The notes: generated by a model not told the origin, from the letters alone. A stretch of DNA of 64,000 nt from Candidatus Gilichinskyi gelida (GCA_038040385.1 JBBPII010000021.1:36614-100613), one strand, 5' to 3'. Positions 18,606-28,232 are shown, numbered from the stretch's first letter. Program-made: numbers and translations.

Positions 18606-19643
18606 GTGAGCGCGATCCACGGCCGCGGCGCGAGCTGGAATCCCCTGTCCCGATTCGAGACCATCGAGTACGTCCGCGACGACGAGGCGGAGGAGCAGCC
18701 GTCGCCGTCGACGATCTTCCTGCGCGATCCGACGCGCACGATCATCGCCCACAACGACAGCCCCGACGTCGGATTCGAGTCCAGCATCAATCCCTACCGC
18801 GGCTGCGAGCACGGCTGCATCTACTGCTTCGCCCGCCCCACGCACGAATACCTCGGCTTCTCCGCCGGCCTGGAGTTCGAATCGAAGATCATGGTCAAGG
18901 AGGACGCGCCGGAGCTGCTGCGCGAGGAGCTGATGTCGCCGCGGTGGAAGCCGCACCTCATCGCCATCAGCGGGGTGACCGATCCCTATCAGCCGATCGA
19001 ACGGAAGCTGGAGATCACCCGCCGCTGCCTCCAGGTCCTCGCCGAGTTCCGCAACCCGACCTGCATCATCACCAAGAACCATCTGGTGACCCGCGACATC
19101 GACGTCCTGCAGGAGCTGGCGAAGTACGACGCGATTTCGGTCAACCTCTCGGTCACCACCCTCGACCCCGCACTGGCGAACATCATGGAGCCGCGCGCCT
19201 CGACGCCGCAGCGGCGCCTGGAGGCCATCGAGGCGCTGGCGAAGGCGGGCATCCCGGTCGGCGCGATGGTGGCGCCGGTAGTCCCGGCGATCACCGATCA
19301 CGAGCTGCCGGGCATCCTCACCGAGGTGGCCAACGCCGGCGCCAGCTCGGCGGGCTACGTCCTGCTGCGACTGCCGTGGGCGGTCGCGCCGCTGTTCGAG
19401 CGATGGCTGGACGAGCACTACCCCGACCGCAAGCAGAAGGTGCTCAACCGGGTGCGAATTTTGCGCGACGGCAAGCTGTACGACGCGCGGTGGGGCGTGC
19501 GGCAGCGCGGCGAGGGCATCTTCGCCGAGCAGCTCGACGCAATCTTCGACATCACCTGCCGCAAACTGCATCTGAACGAGATCAGCCGCGACCTGTCGGC
19601 CGACGCGTTCCGGCGCCCCACTGCGCAGGCATCGCTGTTCTGA
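18606..19643 (+). CDS. radical SAM protein (PA0069/SplB-like DNA-repair-photolyase family)
   Basis: INPYRGCEHGCIYCFARP (CxxxCxxC)...ITKNHLVTRDIDVL...SVNLSVTTLD. Confidence 0.75.
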   Translation: MSAIHGRGASWNPLSRFETIEYVRDDEAEEQPSPSTIFLRDPTRTIIAHNDSPDVGFESSINPYRGCEHGCIYCFARPTHEYLGFSAGLEFESKIMVKEDAPELLREELMSPRWKPHLIAISGVTDPYQPIERKLEITRRCLQVLAEFRNPTCIITKNHLVTRDIDVLQELAKYDAISVNLSVTTLDPALANIMEPRASTPQRRLEAIEALAKAGIPVGAMVAPVVPAITDHELPGILTEVANAGASSAGYVLLRLPWAVAPLFERWLDEHYPDRKQKVLNRVRILRDGKLYDARWGVRQRGEGIFAEQLDAIFDITCRKLHLNEISRDLSADAFRRPTAQASLF

Positions 19644-19664
19644 AGGCTGTTCCGCATTCGGGCC

Positions 19665-20141
19665 TTATCGGAAGCGAACGCACCAGCAATGTGAGAGCGA
19701 GCCCTTGGGGAATGCTGCCGTGTTCCCCGCCATGTTCAACGTCCACGCGTTGGCGGGATTGGAGGCCGTCGTGTTGCTCCAGATCGCCTGACCCAGCCAA
19801 GCGGTGACGACGCCGAATGGATGGCCGGGCTCGAGATTGACCGGCGGATTCGGGATGGACAAGATGCTCGACAATTCGTGGATGGCCGGCACGCGCCAAC
19901 CCATGCGTCCACCGATGACGAGGTTGTTGCAACGCGTATGCGCCTGATCCCAAGTGAATGCGCCGGCGTTCGGCGTGCGCTCCCAAACGAGATCGGTTTC
20001 CTGATCAAAGACGGCTTGGTTCGCGAAGGCCGGGAGAACGAGAAAACGCGAGACGCTCTTGTGATCCCAGGCGTCCTGCGCGACCGCCGCCGAGGCGGCG
20101 GATAGCAACACGAGTGCGAGTACCCAACCACGACTCTTCAT
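19665..20141 (-). CDS. secreted DUF1566 (Lcl C-terminal domain)-like protein
   Basis: Signal peptide MKSRGWVLALVLLSAASAAVA...TRCNNLVIGGRMGWRVPAIHEL...SHCWCVRFR. The DUF1566 assignment is from memory of the W-R-L-P / C-N motif. Confidence 0.5.
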   Translation of the reverse strand: MKSRGWVLALVLLSAASAAVAQDAWDHKSVSRFLVLPAFANQAVFDQETDLVWERTPNAGAFTWDQAHTRCNNLVIGGRMGWRVPAIHELSSILSIPNPPVNLEPGHPFGVVTAWLGQAIWSNTTASNPANAWTLNMAGNTAAFPKGSLSHCWCVRFR

Positions 20142-20164
20142 GATGATCACTCCTTGTACGATTA

Positions 20165-20698
20165 GTGCAGGAGCGAGCGGGGGCGTTTCATATGAACATC
20201 GTCTACGAAGGCAAACACGTCGTCGTCCTCGAGCGCGACGGCTGGGAGTTCGTCGAGCGGAAGAAGGCAAAGTCCGCGGTGGTCATCGTGGCGCGCACTG
20301 ACGACGGAAAGATCATCCTCACCGAACAGTTCCGCCGTCCCGTCGACGCACGGGTCATCGACTTCGCCGCGGGACTGGTCGGCGACGAAGGCAACCACGA
20401 TGAAGAAGAGACCGCGCGCCGCGAGCTGGAGGAAGAGACCGGCTATCGCTGCGAAAGTATGCAGCGCGTGGCGAGCGGTCCAACCTCGCCGGGGATCACC
20501 AGCGAGATCGTGACCTTCTTCCTGGCCACGGGCCTCGATCGGCGCGGAGCGGGTGGTGGGGTGGGGAGCGAGAAAATCGTCGTGCACGAGGTTCCGCAAG
20601 GCGGGGTCGTGGAGTGGCTCCACGAGCGCGAACGTGAAGGCGTGCTCATCGACAACAAGATCTGGGCGGGATTCTACTTGCTCTCAAAAAGTACTTGA
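20165..20698 (+). CDS. NUDIX hydrolase (ADP-ribose pyrophosphatase-like)
   Basis: Nudix box GLVGDEGNHDEEETARRELEEETG. The start may be MNIVYEG at 20192. Confidence 0.8.
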   Translation: MQERAGAFHMNIVYEGKHVVVLERDGWEFVERKKAKSAVVIVARTDDGKIILTEQFRRPVDARVIDFAAGLVGDEGNHDEEETARRELEEETGYRCESMQRVASGPTSPGITSEIVTFFLATGLDRRGAGGGVGSEKIVVHEVPQGGVVEWLHEREREGVLIDNKIWAGFYLLSKST

Positions 20699-20730
20699 CA
20701 ACTCTCAGCGCGCGGCATAGATTGCCGGTC

Positions 20731-21264
20731 ATGAGAGCACTGGTCATCGCCGTGATTCTCCTCACCGCCTGCTACGCCGCCTCGGATTCGCAGTTCACTG
20801 ATCTCGCCAACTCCGCGCGGGCTGGCGATGTCGCGAAGATCCGGGAGCTCGCCGCGGAAGGCGCCGATCCCAACGCCGTCGCAGGCCAGAACAACTGGAC
20901 GCCGCTGCTCCACGCAATCCACAAGCATCAAAACGCCTCGGTCACCGCGCTCCTCGGCGCCGGCGCCGACGTCAACCGCGCCGGCCATGACGGCGTCACC
21001 CCGCTGATGATGGCCGCCGGCTACGGCTTCGACGACACCGTGCAACTCCTGCTGAAGCGCGGCGCGAACGCATCGCTCAAAGGCAGCGAAGAGGGATCGG
21101 CCCTCGACTGGGCGCTCCTCGGCACGACGGACATCGACCGCTTCACCTACTTCACCTGCCAGGACTCCACCGTTCGCCTGCTGCGCAGCGCCGCGCCGAC
21201 CCTGCAGCCGACGGCCGGCGCGCGGCGCTGGGCGAAGATGAAGCGCTGCGCTACGTCATCCTGA
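20731..21264 (+). CDS. ankyrin-repeat lipoprotein
   Basis: Lipobox MRALVIAVILLTAC. ANK repeats: NWTPLLHAIHKHQNASVTALLGAGADVN...GVTPLMMAAGYGFDDTVQLLLKRGA. Its stop codon lies inside repeat A3. Confidence 0.7.
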   Translation: MRALVIAVILLTACYAASDSQFTDLANSARAGDVAKIRELAAEGADPNAVAGQNNWTPLLHAIHKHQNASVTALLGAGADVNRAGHDGVTPLMMAAGYGFDDTVQLLLKRGANASLKGSEEGSALDWALLGTTDIDRFTYFTCQDSTVRLLRSAAPTLQPTAGARRWAKMKRCATSS

Positions 21265-21330
21265 GCGGAGCGAAGGATCTCAGTCTGCGCAGCCGGAGAT
21301 CCTTCGCCGTCTGCGCGGCTCAGGATGACG
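21254..21330. repeat. Family A element, copy A3, between convergent ankyrin and qor genes
   Basis: cgtcatcctgagcggagcgaaggatctc-agtctgcgcagccg-gagatccttcgccgtctgcgcggctcaggatgacg. Both genes' stop codons (TGA within ..cgTCATCCTGA) lie in the outer stem. Confidence 0.85.
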
Positions 21331-22294
21331 GGGAAACCCGCAGCACGATCTTCCCGAAATTCTCGTTCGCCGCCATCCGGCGGTGCGCCTCGGCCGCCTC
21401 TTCCAGCGGATAGACGCGGTCGATGACGGGCCGCACGCGGCCGGCGCGGAGGTGGTCGTCGAATCGCCCGAGAAACGACGCGACGATCGCCGCCTTCTCC
21501 TCGTTCGATCGCGAGCGTAGCGCGGAGCCGATGATCTGCTGCCGCCGCCCGAGGAGCTTCGCGACGTCGATCTCCGCGCGCGTCTCGCCGCCCATCGAGC
21601 CGATGATCACCACCCGCCCGCCCGCCGCCAGCGCCTCGAGATCGCGTACGAGGTAGCGCGCGCCGATATGGTCGAGGATCACGTTCGCGCCGCGGGCGCG
21701 CTCCACGAAGTCCTCTTCGCGGTAGTTGATCGCGTCGTCCGCGCCGTGCGCCAGGCAGCGGTCGCACTTCTCCTTCGATCCTGCGGTGACGATCACCCTC
21801 AAGCCGGCGAGCTTGCCGAGCGTCGTCGCCGCGGTGCCGACGCCGCTGCCACCGCCGTGCACCAGCAGCGTCTCACCCGCCGCCGCCCGCGCCAGGTCGA
21901 ACACGTTGGAAAACGCGGTGAGAAATACCTCGGGGAAGGCGCCCGCCTCGTCGTCGCTCAGCGCGTCCGGCACGCGCATCGTCGATCCGTGATGCGCCAC
22001 CGCCTCCTCGGCGTAGCCGCCGCCGGGAAGGAGGGCCATGGCCCGCTCGCCGGTTTTCCATCCGCGGACGTCGGCGCCGACCTCGATCACCTCGCCGGCG
22101 CACTCCAGGCCGAGGATCGTCGACGCGCCGGGCGGCGGCGGATAGCGCCCTTCGCGCTGGAGCAAATCCGCGCGATTGACGGCGGTGGCACGCACGCGAA
22201 TGCGCAACTGGTCGGGGGCGAGCAGCGGCGGATCGACGTCGCCGATCCGCAGGACGGACTCATCGCCGGGGTGATCGAAGACGATCGCTTTCAT
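21320..22294 (-). CDS. qor: NADPH:quinone oxidoreductase (MDR superfamily)
   Basis: MKAIVFD...GLECAGEV...LVHGGGSGVGTAATTLGKLAG (Rossmann)...KIVLRV. Its stop codon lies inside repeat A3. Confidence 0.85.
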   Translation of the reverse strand: MKAIVFDHPGDESVLRIGDVDPPLLAPDQLRIRVRATAVNRADLLQREGRYPPPPGASTILGLECAGEVIEVGADVRGWKTGERAMALLPGGGYAEEAVAHHGSTMRVPDALSDDEAGAFPEVFLTAFSNVFDLARAAAGETLLVHGGGSGVGTAATTLGKLAGLRVIVTAGSKEKCDRCLAHGADDAINYREEDFVERARGANVILDHIGARYLVRDLEALAAGGRVVIIGSMGGETRAEIDVAKLLGRRQQIIGSALRSRSNEEKAAIVASFLGRFDDHLRAGRVRPVIDRVYPLEEAAEAHRRMAANENFGKIVLRVSPSS

Positions 22295-22334
22295 GCACAC
22301 CGCTGTGTCATCAGCGGTGTATCTTCCCGCGAAC

Positions 22335-23258
22335 ATGCCCTCCGACGCCATCCTCTGCCGCAGTCTGAAAAAGTACTACGCCGACGTCAAAGCGGTCGAC
22401 GGGCTCGAGCTCTCCATCGCCGCGGGCGAGTGCTTCGGCCTGCTGGGGCCCAACGGCGCGGGCAAGACCACCACCATCGAGATCCTCGAAGGTCTCACCC
22501 CCGCCGATTCCGGCGACGTGGAGATCCTCGGCATGACCTGGCGCCGCGACGAGCGCGCGCTGCGCGAGCGCATCGGCATCTCGCTGCAGGAAACGCAGCT
22601 CGCCGAAAAACTGACCGTGCTGGAGACGCTACGCCTCTTCCGCTCCTTCTACCGCAACGGCCACGACCCCGACGAACTGCTCCGCGACCTCTCGCTCGAC
22701 GAGAAGCGCGACGCGCGCGTCGGCAAGTTGTCCGGCGGACAGCGTCAGCGCCTCGCCGCGGCCTGCGCGCTGGTCGGCGATCCCGACATCCTCTTCCTCG
22801 ACGAGCCGACCACCGGACTGGATCCGCAGAGCCGCCTGCAGCTCTGGGACGTGGTGCAGCGCTTCCGCCAGAAGGGCGGAACGGTGCTGCTGACGACGCA
22901 CTACATGGAGGAGGCCGAGCGCCTCTGCGACCGCGTCGCCATCATCGACCACGGCCATCTCATCGCCCTCGGAACGCCCGCGGAGCTGATCGGAAAGCTT
23001 GAGGCGCCGCACATCATCGAGTTCACCAGCGAGCCGCCGCTGTCCGAAGACATCTGGAAACGCCTCCCCGGCTGCCACGGCATGACGGCCAAGAACGGCT
23101 CGTGGATGCTGCGCGTCGACTCGCTCGCCGACGCCGTCCCGAAGCTGCTGGCGACCATCGACGAGCAGGGGTCGAAGCTGGTCACGCTGTCGACGCACGC
23201 GGCGACGCTGGAGGACCTTTTCGTGTCGCTGACGGGGAGGGAGCTGCGCGATGCCTAG
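22335..23258 (+). CDS. ABC transporter ATP-binding protein (ABC-2 exporter type)
   Basis: Walker A GPNGAGKTT, Q-loop, signature LSGGQRQRL, Walker B ILFLDEPTTGLD. Confidence 0.85.
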   Translation: MPSDAILCRSLKKYYADVKAVDGLELSIAAGECFGLLGPNGAGKTTTIEILEGLTPADSGDVEILGMTWRRDERALRERIGISLQETQLAEKLTVLETLRLFRSFYRNGHDPDELLRDLSLDEKRDARVGKLSGGQRQRLAAACALVGDPDILFLDEPTTGLDPQSRLQLWDVVQRFRQKGGTVLLTTHYMEEAERLCDRVAIIDHGHLIALGTPAELIGKLEAPHIIEFTSEPPLSEDIWKRLPGCHGMTAKNGSWMLRVDSLADAVPKLLATIDEQGSKLVTLSTHAATLEDLFVSLTGRELRDA

Positions 23259-24294
23259 CGAGGTCCGCCCCGCCCTCATCGAGCTCACCTCCGTCCGCAC
23301 CAAGGAGTTCCTGCGCGAGACCGAGGCGGTGTTCTGGGTGTTCGGGTTCCCGCTGATCCTCGCGCTGGCGCTCGGCTTCGCCTTCCGCGACAAACCGCCC
23401 GACCGCGTGCCGGTCGCGGTCATCGAAGGCCCCGCGGCGGCGGAGCAGCTCGCGGCGCTGAGCAAATCGCCGGCGTTGATCCCGCGGGTGATGAAGGAGG
23501 CCGACGCGCGCGAGGCGCTGCGGCACGGGAAGGTATCGGTGGTCATCGCCAACGACGCGAAAGGCGTCGTCTATCGCTTCGACCCCACCCGCCCTGAGGC
23601 GCGCGTGGCGCGCCAGGACGCCGACGACGCTCTGCAGCGCGCGCGCGGACGCCGCGACGTCGTGCCGGCGCACGAGGAGCACGTCCGCGAGCAGGGCGCG
23701 CGCTACATCGACTTCCTCCTCCCCGGCCTGCTCGGTATGAACCTGATGGGCACCGGCATGTGGGGGATGGGATTCACCATCGCCAACGCCCGGATGAAGA
23801 AGCTGCTCAAGCGCCTGGTGGCCACGCCGATGCGCAAGAGCGACTACCTCCTCGCGCAGTTCCTCTCGCGGCTGCTCTTTCTGATCGTGGAGACGACGGT
23901 GCTCGTTGCCTTCGGCTGGCTGGTGTTCGGCGTGCGGGTGAACGGATCGATCCTGCTGCTGATGCTGACCTGCATCGTCGGCGGCTACGCCTTCTCCGGC
24001 ATCGGCCTGCTGACGGTGTCGCGCGCCAAGACGCTCGAAGCGGTGAGCGGGATGATGAACCTGATCATGGTCCCCATGTGGATCTGCTCCGGCATCTTCT
24101 TCTCGTACGAGCGCTTTCCCGAGACGGTGAAGCCGGTGATCCGCGCGCTGCCGCTGACGCTGCTCAACGACGCGCTGCGCATGGTGATGAACGACGCCGC
24201 GGGGCTCGCTGAAGTCGCCCCGCGGCTTTTGGCGCTGGCGGTGTGGGGCGTGGTGTCGTTCCTGATCGGATTGAAGATCTTCCGGTGGCAGTAG
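23251..24294 (+). CDS. ABC-2 family transporter permease
   Basis: Six-TM ABC-2 permease pattern. It overlaps the ATPase gene by 8 nt. Confidence 0.75.
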   Translation: MPSEVRPALIELTSVRTKEFLRETEAVFWVFGFPLILALALGFAFRDKPPDRVPVAVIEGPAAAEQLAALSKSPALIPRVMKEADAREALRHGKVSVVIANDAKGVVYRFDPTRPEARVARQDADDALQRARGRRDVVPAHEEHVREQGARYIDFLLPGLLGMNLMGTGMWGMGFTIANARMKKLLKRLVATPMRKSDYLLAQFLSRLLFLIVETTVLVAFGWLVFGVRVNGSILLLMLTCIVGGYAFSGIGLLTVSRAKTLEAVSGMMNLIMVPMWICSGIFFSYERFPETVKPVIRALPLTLLNDALRMVMNDAAGLAEVAPRLLALAVWGVVSFLIGLKIFRWQ

Positions 24295-24305
24295 AGAACT
24301 AGGAA

Positions 24306-24398
24306 CGCCGCCGTCCCGGCGGCTGGCCGGGCGGCGTCCCGCCGCCCGCGCAGGCGAGGACGCCTGCGATCCAGCCGGCGTGGACGCCGGCGCTCCAC
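24306..24398. repeat. Family B ~93-bp MITE-like element, copy B1 (intergenic, convergent ABC permease/OMP)
   Basis: cgccgccgtcccggcggctggccgggcggcgtcccgccgcc...ccagccggcgtggacgccggcgctccac. Terminal inverted repeat is ~GCGCCGGCGTCC/GGACGCCGGCGC. About 85% identical to B2. Confidence 0.75.
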
Positions 24399-24402
24399 GC
24401 GA

Positions 24403-25071
24403 TCAGAACCGGAAGTACACCCCCGCGTTCGTTTCTCCCTGGTAGAACTGGCGATCGTTGTTGTAGGAGCAGACGCGGCAGAAGTCGTCGTTCGGCACAG
24501 CGGTGTAGTAGCCGCGGGCCTCGAGGCGCAGCCCGACGTTGTTGCCGAACGGCACCTTCACGCCAATGCCGCCGGAGGCGGAGAAGCGGTTCTCGGAGGT
24601 CGCGCCGGCGATCTCGGGGTTGAGGTTGGCGACACCGGCGCTGACGACGAAGTACGGCGTCGCCACGCGGCTCCGCGCGAACGGGACGATCAGTCCCGCG
24701 TGGTAGTAGGTGATGTCGAAGTCGGCGATGCGGTCGCTCGGCAGGAACAGCCCGCTGCCGGCGGTGAGGTGCGTGTCCTGACGGTTGACCATAAACTCGA
24801 TCTTGAATCCGTCGTTGCCGATGGGGACGGCGAAATTGGCGCCGTAGTTCATGCCGCTCTCCGCTTCGACGTCGCCGGTGAAGCCGGTCTGTTCGGAGAA
24901 GAGGGTGCCGCCGTAGCGGTAGCCGATGAACGGCGTCAGCTCGAAGGCGTTTTCGTTGCTGCGATAGCGGCGGTCGTCGCGGCCGCGACGGTTGCGCCAG
25001 TCATCTTCCTGAGCGAAGAGCGCGACGGGAAGGGCGAGGGCGAAGAGGGACAAGGCGAGCAGTTTTCTCAT
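24403..25071 (-). CDS. outer-membrane beta-barrel protein (OmpW/OmpA-like small porin family)
   Basis: Signal peptide MRKLLALSLFALALPVALFA. The rest shows an alternating amphipathic beta pattern and ends in ...GVYFRF (a C-terminal Phe). Confidence 0.6.
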   Translation of the reverse strand: MRKLLALSLFALALPVALFAQEDDWRNRRGRDDRRYRSNENAFELTPFIGYRYGGTLFSEQTGFTGDVEAESGMNYGANFAVPIGNDGFKIEFMVNRQDTHLTAGSGLFLPSDRIADFDITYYHAGLIVPFARSRVATPYFVVSAGVANLNPEIAGATSENRFSASGGIGVKVPFGNNVGLRLEARGYYTAVPNDDFCRVCSYNNDRQFYQGETNAGVYFRF

Positions 25072-25190
25072 GGAGGCCTCCAGTTGGACTCGGCGGGCTA
25101 CTGCGAAAACGGAGCCCGGGATTTAGGGCGTTTTACGGCCGCTTCGTCCGCGCGCGGGGACAAGCGTGGCGCATGACGGGGACAGGGTGC

Positions 25191-25224
25191 GAGACCCCGA
25201 GACCCCGCCGAGACCCCGAGACCC
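25191..25224. repeat. tandem octamer repeat (GAGACCCC)x4 immediately upstream of xthA
   Basis: gagaccccgagaccccgccgagaccccgagaccc, ending 15 nt before the xthA ATG. Confidence 0.8.
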
Positions 25225-25239
25225 ATAAAATCACCGCCC

Positions 25240-25986
25240 ATGAAAATCGCCACCTGGAACGTCAACGGGATTCGCGCGCGGCACGAGCAGTTTCTGGAGT
25301 GGGTCGACAGCGCGAAGCCCGACGTCGTCTGCCTGCAGGAGATCAAGGCCAAGATCGAGCAGGTGCCCGCGGCGATCTGCAACCTCGGCGGCTACTGGTG
25401 CTACTGGCACGGCCACAGCGGCTATTCGGGCGTGGCGCTGCACATACGGCGCGAAACGTTCCCGGAGGAGCCGCGCTTCTCGCATCCCGACTTCGACAAC
25501 GAGACGCGCATCGTGCAGGCGCAGGTGGGCGACACCGTCTACGCATCGGTCTACGTGCCGAACGGCGGGAAGGACTACGACGCCAAGGTGGGATTCATGC
25601 GCGCGCTGACCGGCTACGCGCGCGCGCATCGCGAGCAGGGACTGAAGCTGGTGATCTGCGGCGACTACAACGTCGCGCGGACCGACATGGACGTCCATCC
25701 GAAGGAGCGGAAGCCGGGCATCATCGGACAGCGCCCCGAAGAGCGCGCGCTGCTCGAGGGGATCATCGGCGAGGGGCTGGTCGACGTCGGACGGACGCTC
25801 AATCCGGGCGACGAGAGCTACTTCACCTGGTGGGCGCCGTGGCGCAACCTGCGGCAGCGCAACATCGGCTGGCGGCTCGACTACGTCCTCGCCAGCGAGT
25901 CGCTCGCCGAGCGCGCGACGTCGTGTCCGTCGTTCCGGGAGATCGGGACGAGCGACCACGCGCCGGTGGTGGCGACGTTCGAGTGA
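25240..25986 (+). CDS. xthA: exodeoxyribonuclease III
   Basis: MKIATWNVNGIRAR...DVVCLQEIK...ICGDYNVA...GWRLDYVLAS...SDHAPVVATF. Confidence 0.9.
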   Translation: MKIATWNVNGIRARHEQFLEWVDSAKPDVVCLQEIKAKIEQVPAAICNLGGYWCYWHGHSGYSGVALHIRRETFPEEPRFSHPDFDNETRIVQAQVGDTVYASVYVPNGGKDYDAKVGFMRALTGYARAHREQGLKLVICGDYNVARTDMDVHPKERKPGIIGQRPEERALLEGIIGEGLVDVGRTLNPGDESYFTWWAPWRNLRQRNIGWRLDYVLASESLAERATSCPSFREIGTSDHAPVVATFE

Positions 25987-26030
25987 AACGGATTGCGCCT
26001 CTCCTTCACTAATGAATGAAGGAGTGAGCC

Positions 26031-26540
26031 ATGAAAAACACCGTCTTTCTGTTCGTTCTCTTGTTTACCACGGTGGCTGTAGCGCAGCAGACCGCGACCA
26101 TCGCACCCCAGCCGCCGATCATCCCGAACTACGCCTACCAGTACGCGGCAAAGATCGTTTGCGGCCGGCCGGCGCCCACGCCGACGTATGCGTTCCAGGT
26201 CGGTGCGCACGGCACCTACTTCACGCAGGTGAACGTGCACAACCCGTCGCGCACGCAGGGCGTGAGCATTCGGAAGAAGTTCATCAACGCGCAGCCCGAC
26301 GAGCGACCGACCAAGCCGACGCAGTTCTTCGGGCTGGGGCTGGAGCCGGACTGGGCGACACAGATCGACTGCCACAACATCCTCAAACACCTCGGACTGC
26401 CGCCGGGAGCGTATGTCGAGGGTTTCGTGATCCTCGAGAGCACGCTGGAGATCGACGTCGTCGGCCTCTACACCGCAGACGGGCCGAGTGGTCTGATCAG
26501 CACGATGGAGATCGATCGCGTGCCGGCGCGGAAGTTCTGA
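26031..26540 (+). CDS. secreted hypothetical protein (lower GC than its neighbours)
   Basis: Signal peptide MKNTVFLFVLLFTTVAVAQQ. I recognise no domain. Confidence 0.45.
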   Translation: MKNTVFLFVLLFTTVAVAQQTATIAPQPPIIPNYAYQYAAKIVCGRPAPTPTYAFQVGAHGTYFTQVNVHNPSRTQGVSIRKKFINAQPDERPTKPTQFFGLGLEPDWATQIDCHNILKHLGLPPGAYVEGFVILESTLEIDVVGLYTADGPSGLISTMEIDRVPARKF

Positions 26541-26580
26541 ATGAAGTGGAGCGGCGGCCTTCCGGCCGCCGCCCACGAAA

Positions 26581-27225
26581 CTACTCCAGTACCACCAGCA
26601 CCACGCGACGATTCTCCGCGCGGCCCTTCTTCGTCTTGTTCGATCCCACCGGGGCGCTGTCGCCGTAGGAGATGGTCGACATCCGGTTGAGCGGGAGACC
26701 CTGGCTCTTGGAAAGGTAGCGGCGCACGGACTCCGCGCGACGCTCGCCGAGGTCTTCGTTGTAGCGCTTGCCGCCGACGTTGTCGGTGTGGCCCTGGATC
26801 TCGATGAAGTACGGCTCGGTGAGCGCCTTCACCTTCGCCGCGAACTCGTCGAGCGCCGCCTGCGCCTCCTTGTCGAGATCGTATTTGCCGCTCTTGAACT
26901 TCACGCGGTCTTCGCTAAAGGTCTGCTCGAAGACGACCTTCCCTTTGGCAAGGACGCCGGCATCCTGGGCGCGCTTGAGTGCATCCTGGGCGGTCTGGCT
27001 CAGCTCGCTGATCTTCTGGTCGGTCTGCGCCAGGTGCGCGTCTGTGGCTTTCTGCTTCTGCTGAAGGTCCTCGACCTGGGTCTCGACCGATTCGATCTTC
27101 TGGCTGTTCTGGGCCTGCGCTTCCGCGATCTTCTTGTCCACGGAGCTGGAGGAGGCGCACGCGCCGAGGGCGGCGGCGAATGCCGTAGCGGTGAGTAAAC
27201 GGAGTGCAATCTTGGTGGTCATCAA
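26581..27225 (-). CDS. OmpA-family lipoprotein with a coiled-coil spacer
   Basis: Lipobox LGAC; Q/E-rich coiled coil; C-terminus GHTDNVGGKRYNEDLGERRAESVRRYL...NRRVVLVV. Confidence 0.8.
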   Translation of the reverse strand: MMTTKIALRLLTATAFAAALGACASSSSVDKKIAEAQAQNSQKIESVETQVEDLQQKQKATDAHLAQTDQKISELSQTAQDALKRAQDAGVLAKGKVVFEQTFSEDRVKFKSGKYDLDKEAQAALDEFAAKVKALTEPYFIEIQGHTDNVGGKRYNEDLGERRAESVRRYLSKSQGLPLNRMSTISYGDSAPVGSNKTKKGRAENRRVVLVVLE

Positions 27226-28196
27226 CTTCCTTTCCTTTCGTTTTTCCCGCGGGAAGCAACCAAGGGGGGCTCGGTACCGAGGTAACCCGCGCGAACGCGC
27301 ACTGTCCGTACGCGATTGGCGAGCCTGAGGGAAATTCGGCGGTACTTTACCGCACCTTTTCCTGTCGGGGTGAAGCCGATCAAGTATTGTGCCCGCAGGT
27401 CTTTCTCGATGGCGGCGATCGCCAGCGAAATCTGATTGGGAGTACTGCCGAGGTACAACTTCCCGCCCGTTAGCCGGGCGACCTCATCGAGGATTCCGAC
27501 GTCCGACATCTCCTCGCGCGACCGCTTCGACTCGTCCTCTTTCTCCTTCGGATCGCGGATGCCGAGCGGATACATCGGAACGGCGACACCTTCGAGCTTC
27601 TGCGCCAGTTCGGGCCGGGTGATGGCCGAGGCGTTGTCGATGCCGTCGCTGAGGAGGATGACGGCGCGGGTGGGGTTGTTGCCGAGAGCGCTGAGCTCGG
27701 GCATGGTGGAGAGCGCGTCGAAGAACGCCGTCTTCCCGTACGGCTTGACCCTGGCCAGCGCGTCGGTGATCTCGCCCGGTTTCTCCGTGTGCGGCACGAG
27801 CTCGCGCGCCACCGACTCGGCGAAAACGTACAGCGCGAAGTCGTCGCCCGGCTTGCGATGCGCCAGCAGCGCGCCGATGGCGGCGCGCGCGGCGTCCATC
27901 TTGCCCGCCAGCGCCATGGAGCCGGAGCCGTCGAGCAGGATGGTGAACGACACCGGCGCGTTGTGCGACTTCTCGAACATGTCGCTGCGAGCCCGCGCGC
28001 CGTCGACGGTGAGGGAGACCTCGCCGGCGCGGAGGTCGGTGATCGCGCGCCCCTTGGGGTCGAGCGCCGTGAAGGGGATCATCACGTAGCCGACCGACAC
28101 CGACTCCGACATCTTCTGCTGCGGCTCGGCCGGGATCCGGACCTGGGCGATCGCCGGGAAGGCGATTAGCGCAAACACACTCCACACGCGACTCAT
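27222..28196 (-). CDS. von Willebrand factor type A (VWA) domain protein
   Basis: Signal peptide. MIDAS motif ILLDGSGSM...AVILLSDGIDN. It overlaps the downstream OmpA lipoprotein start by 4 nt. Confidence 0.8.
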   Translation of the reverse strand: MSRVWSVFALIAFPAIAQVRIPAEPQQKMSESVSVGYVMIPFTALDPKGRAITDLRAGEVSLTVDGARARSDMFEKSHNAPVSFTILLDGSGSMALAGKMDAARAAIGALLAHRKPGDDFALYVFAESVARELVPHTEKPGEITDALARVKPYGKTAFFDALSTMPELSALGNNPTRAVILLSDGIDNASAITRPELAQKLEGVAVPMYPLGIRDPKEKEDESKRSREEMSDVGILDEVARLTGGKLYLGSTPNQISLAIAAIEKDLRAQYLIGFTPTGKGAVKYRRISLRLANRVRTVRVRAGYLGTEPPLVASRGKNERKGS

Positions 28197-28232
28197 GACT
28201 GCGAATAACTCATTCGGTTCAACGGCGCATTT

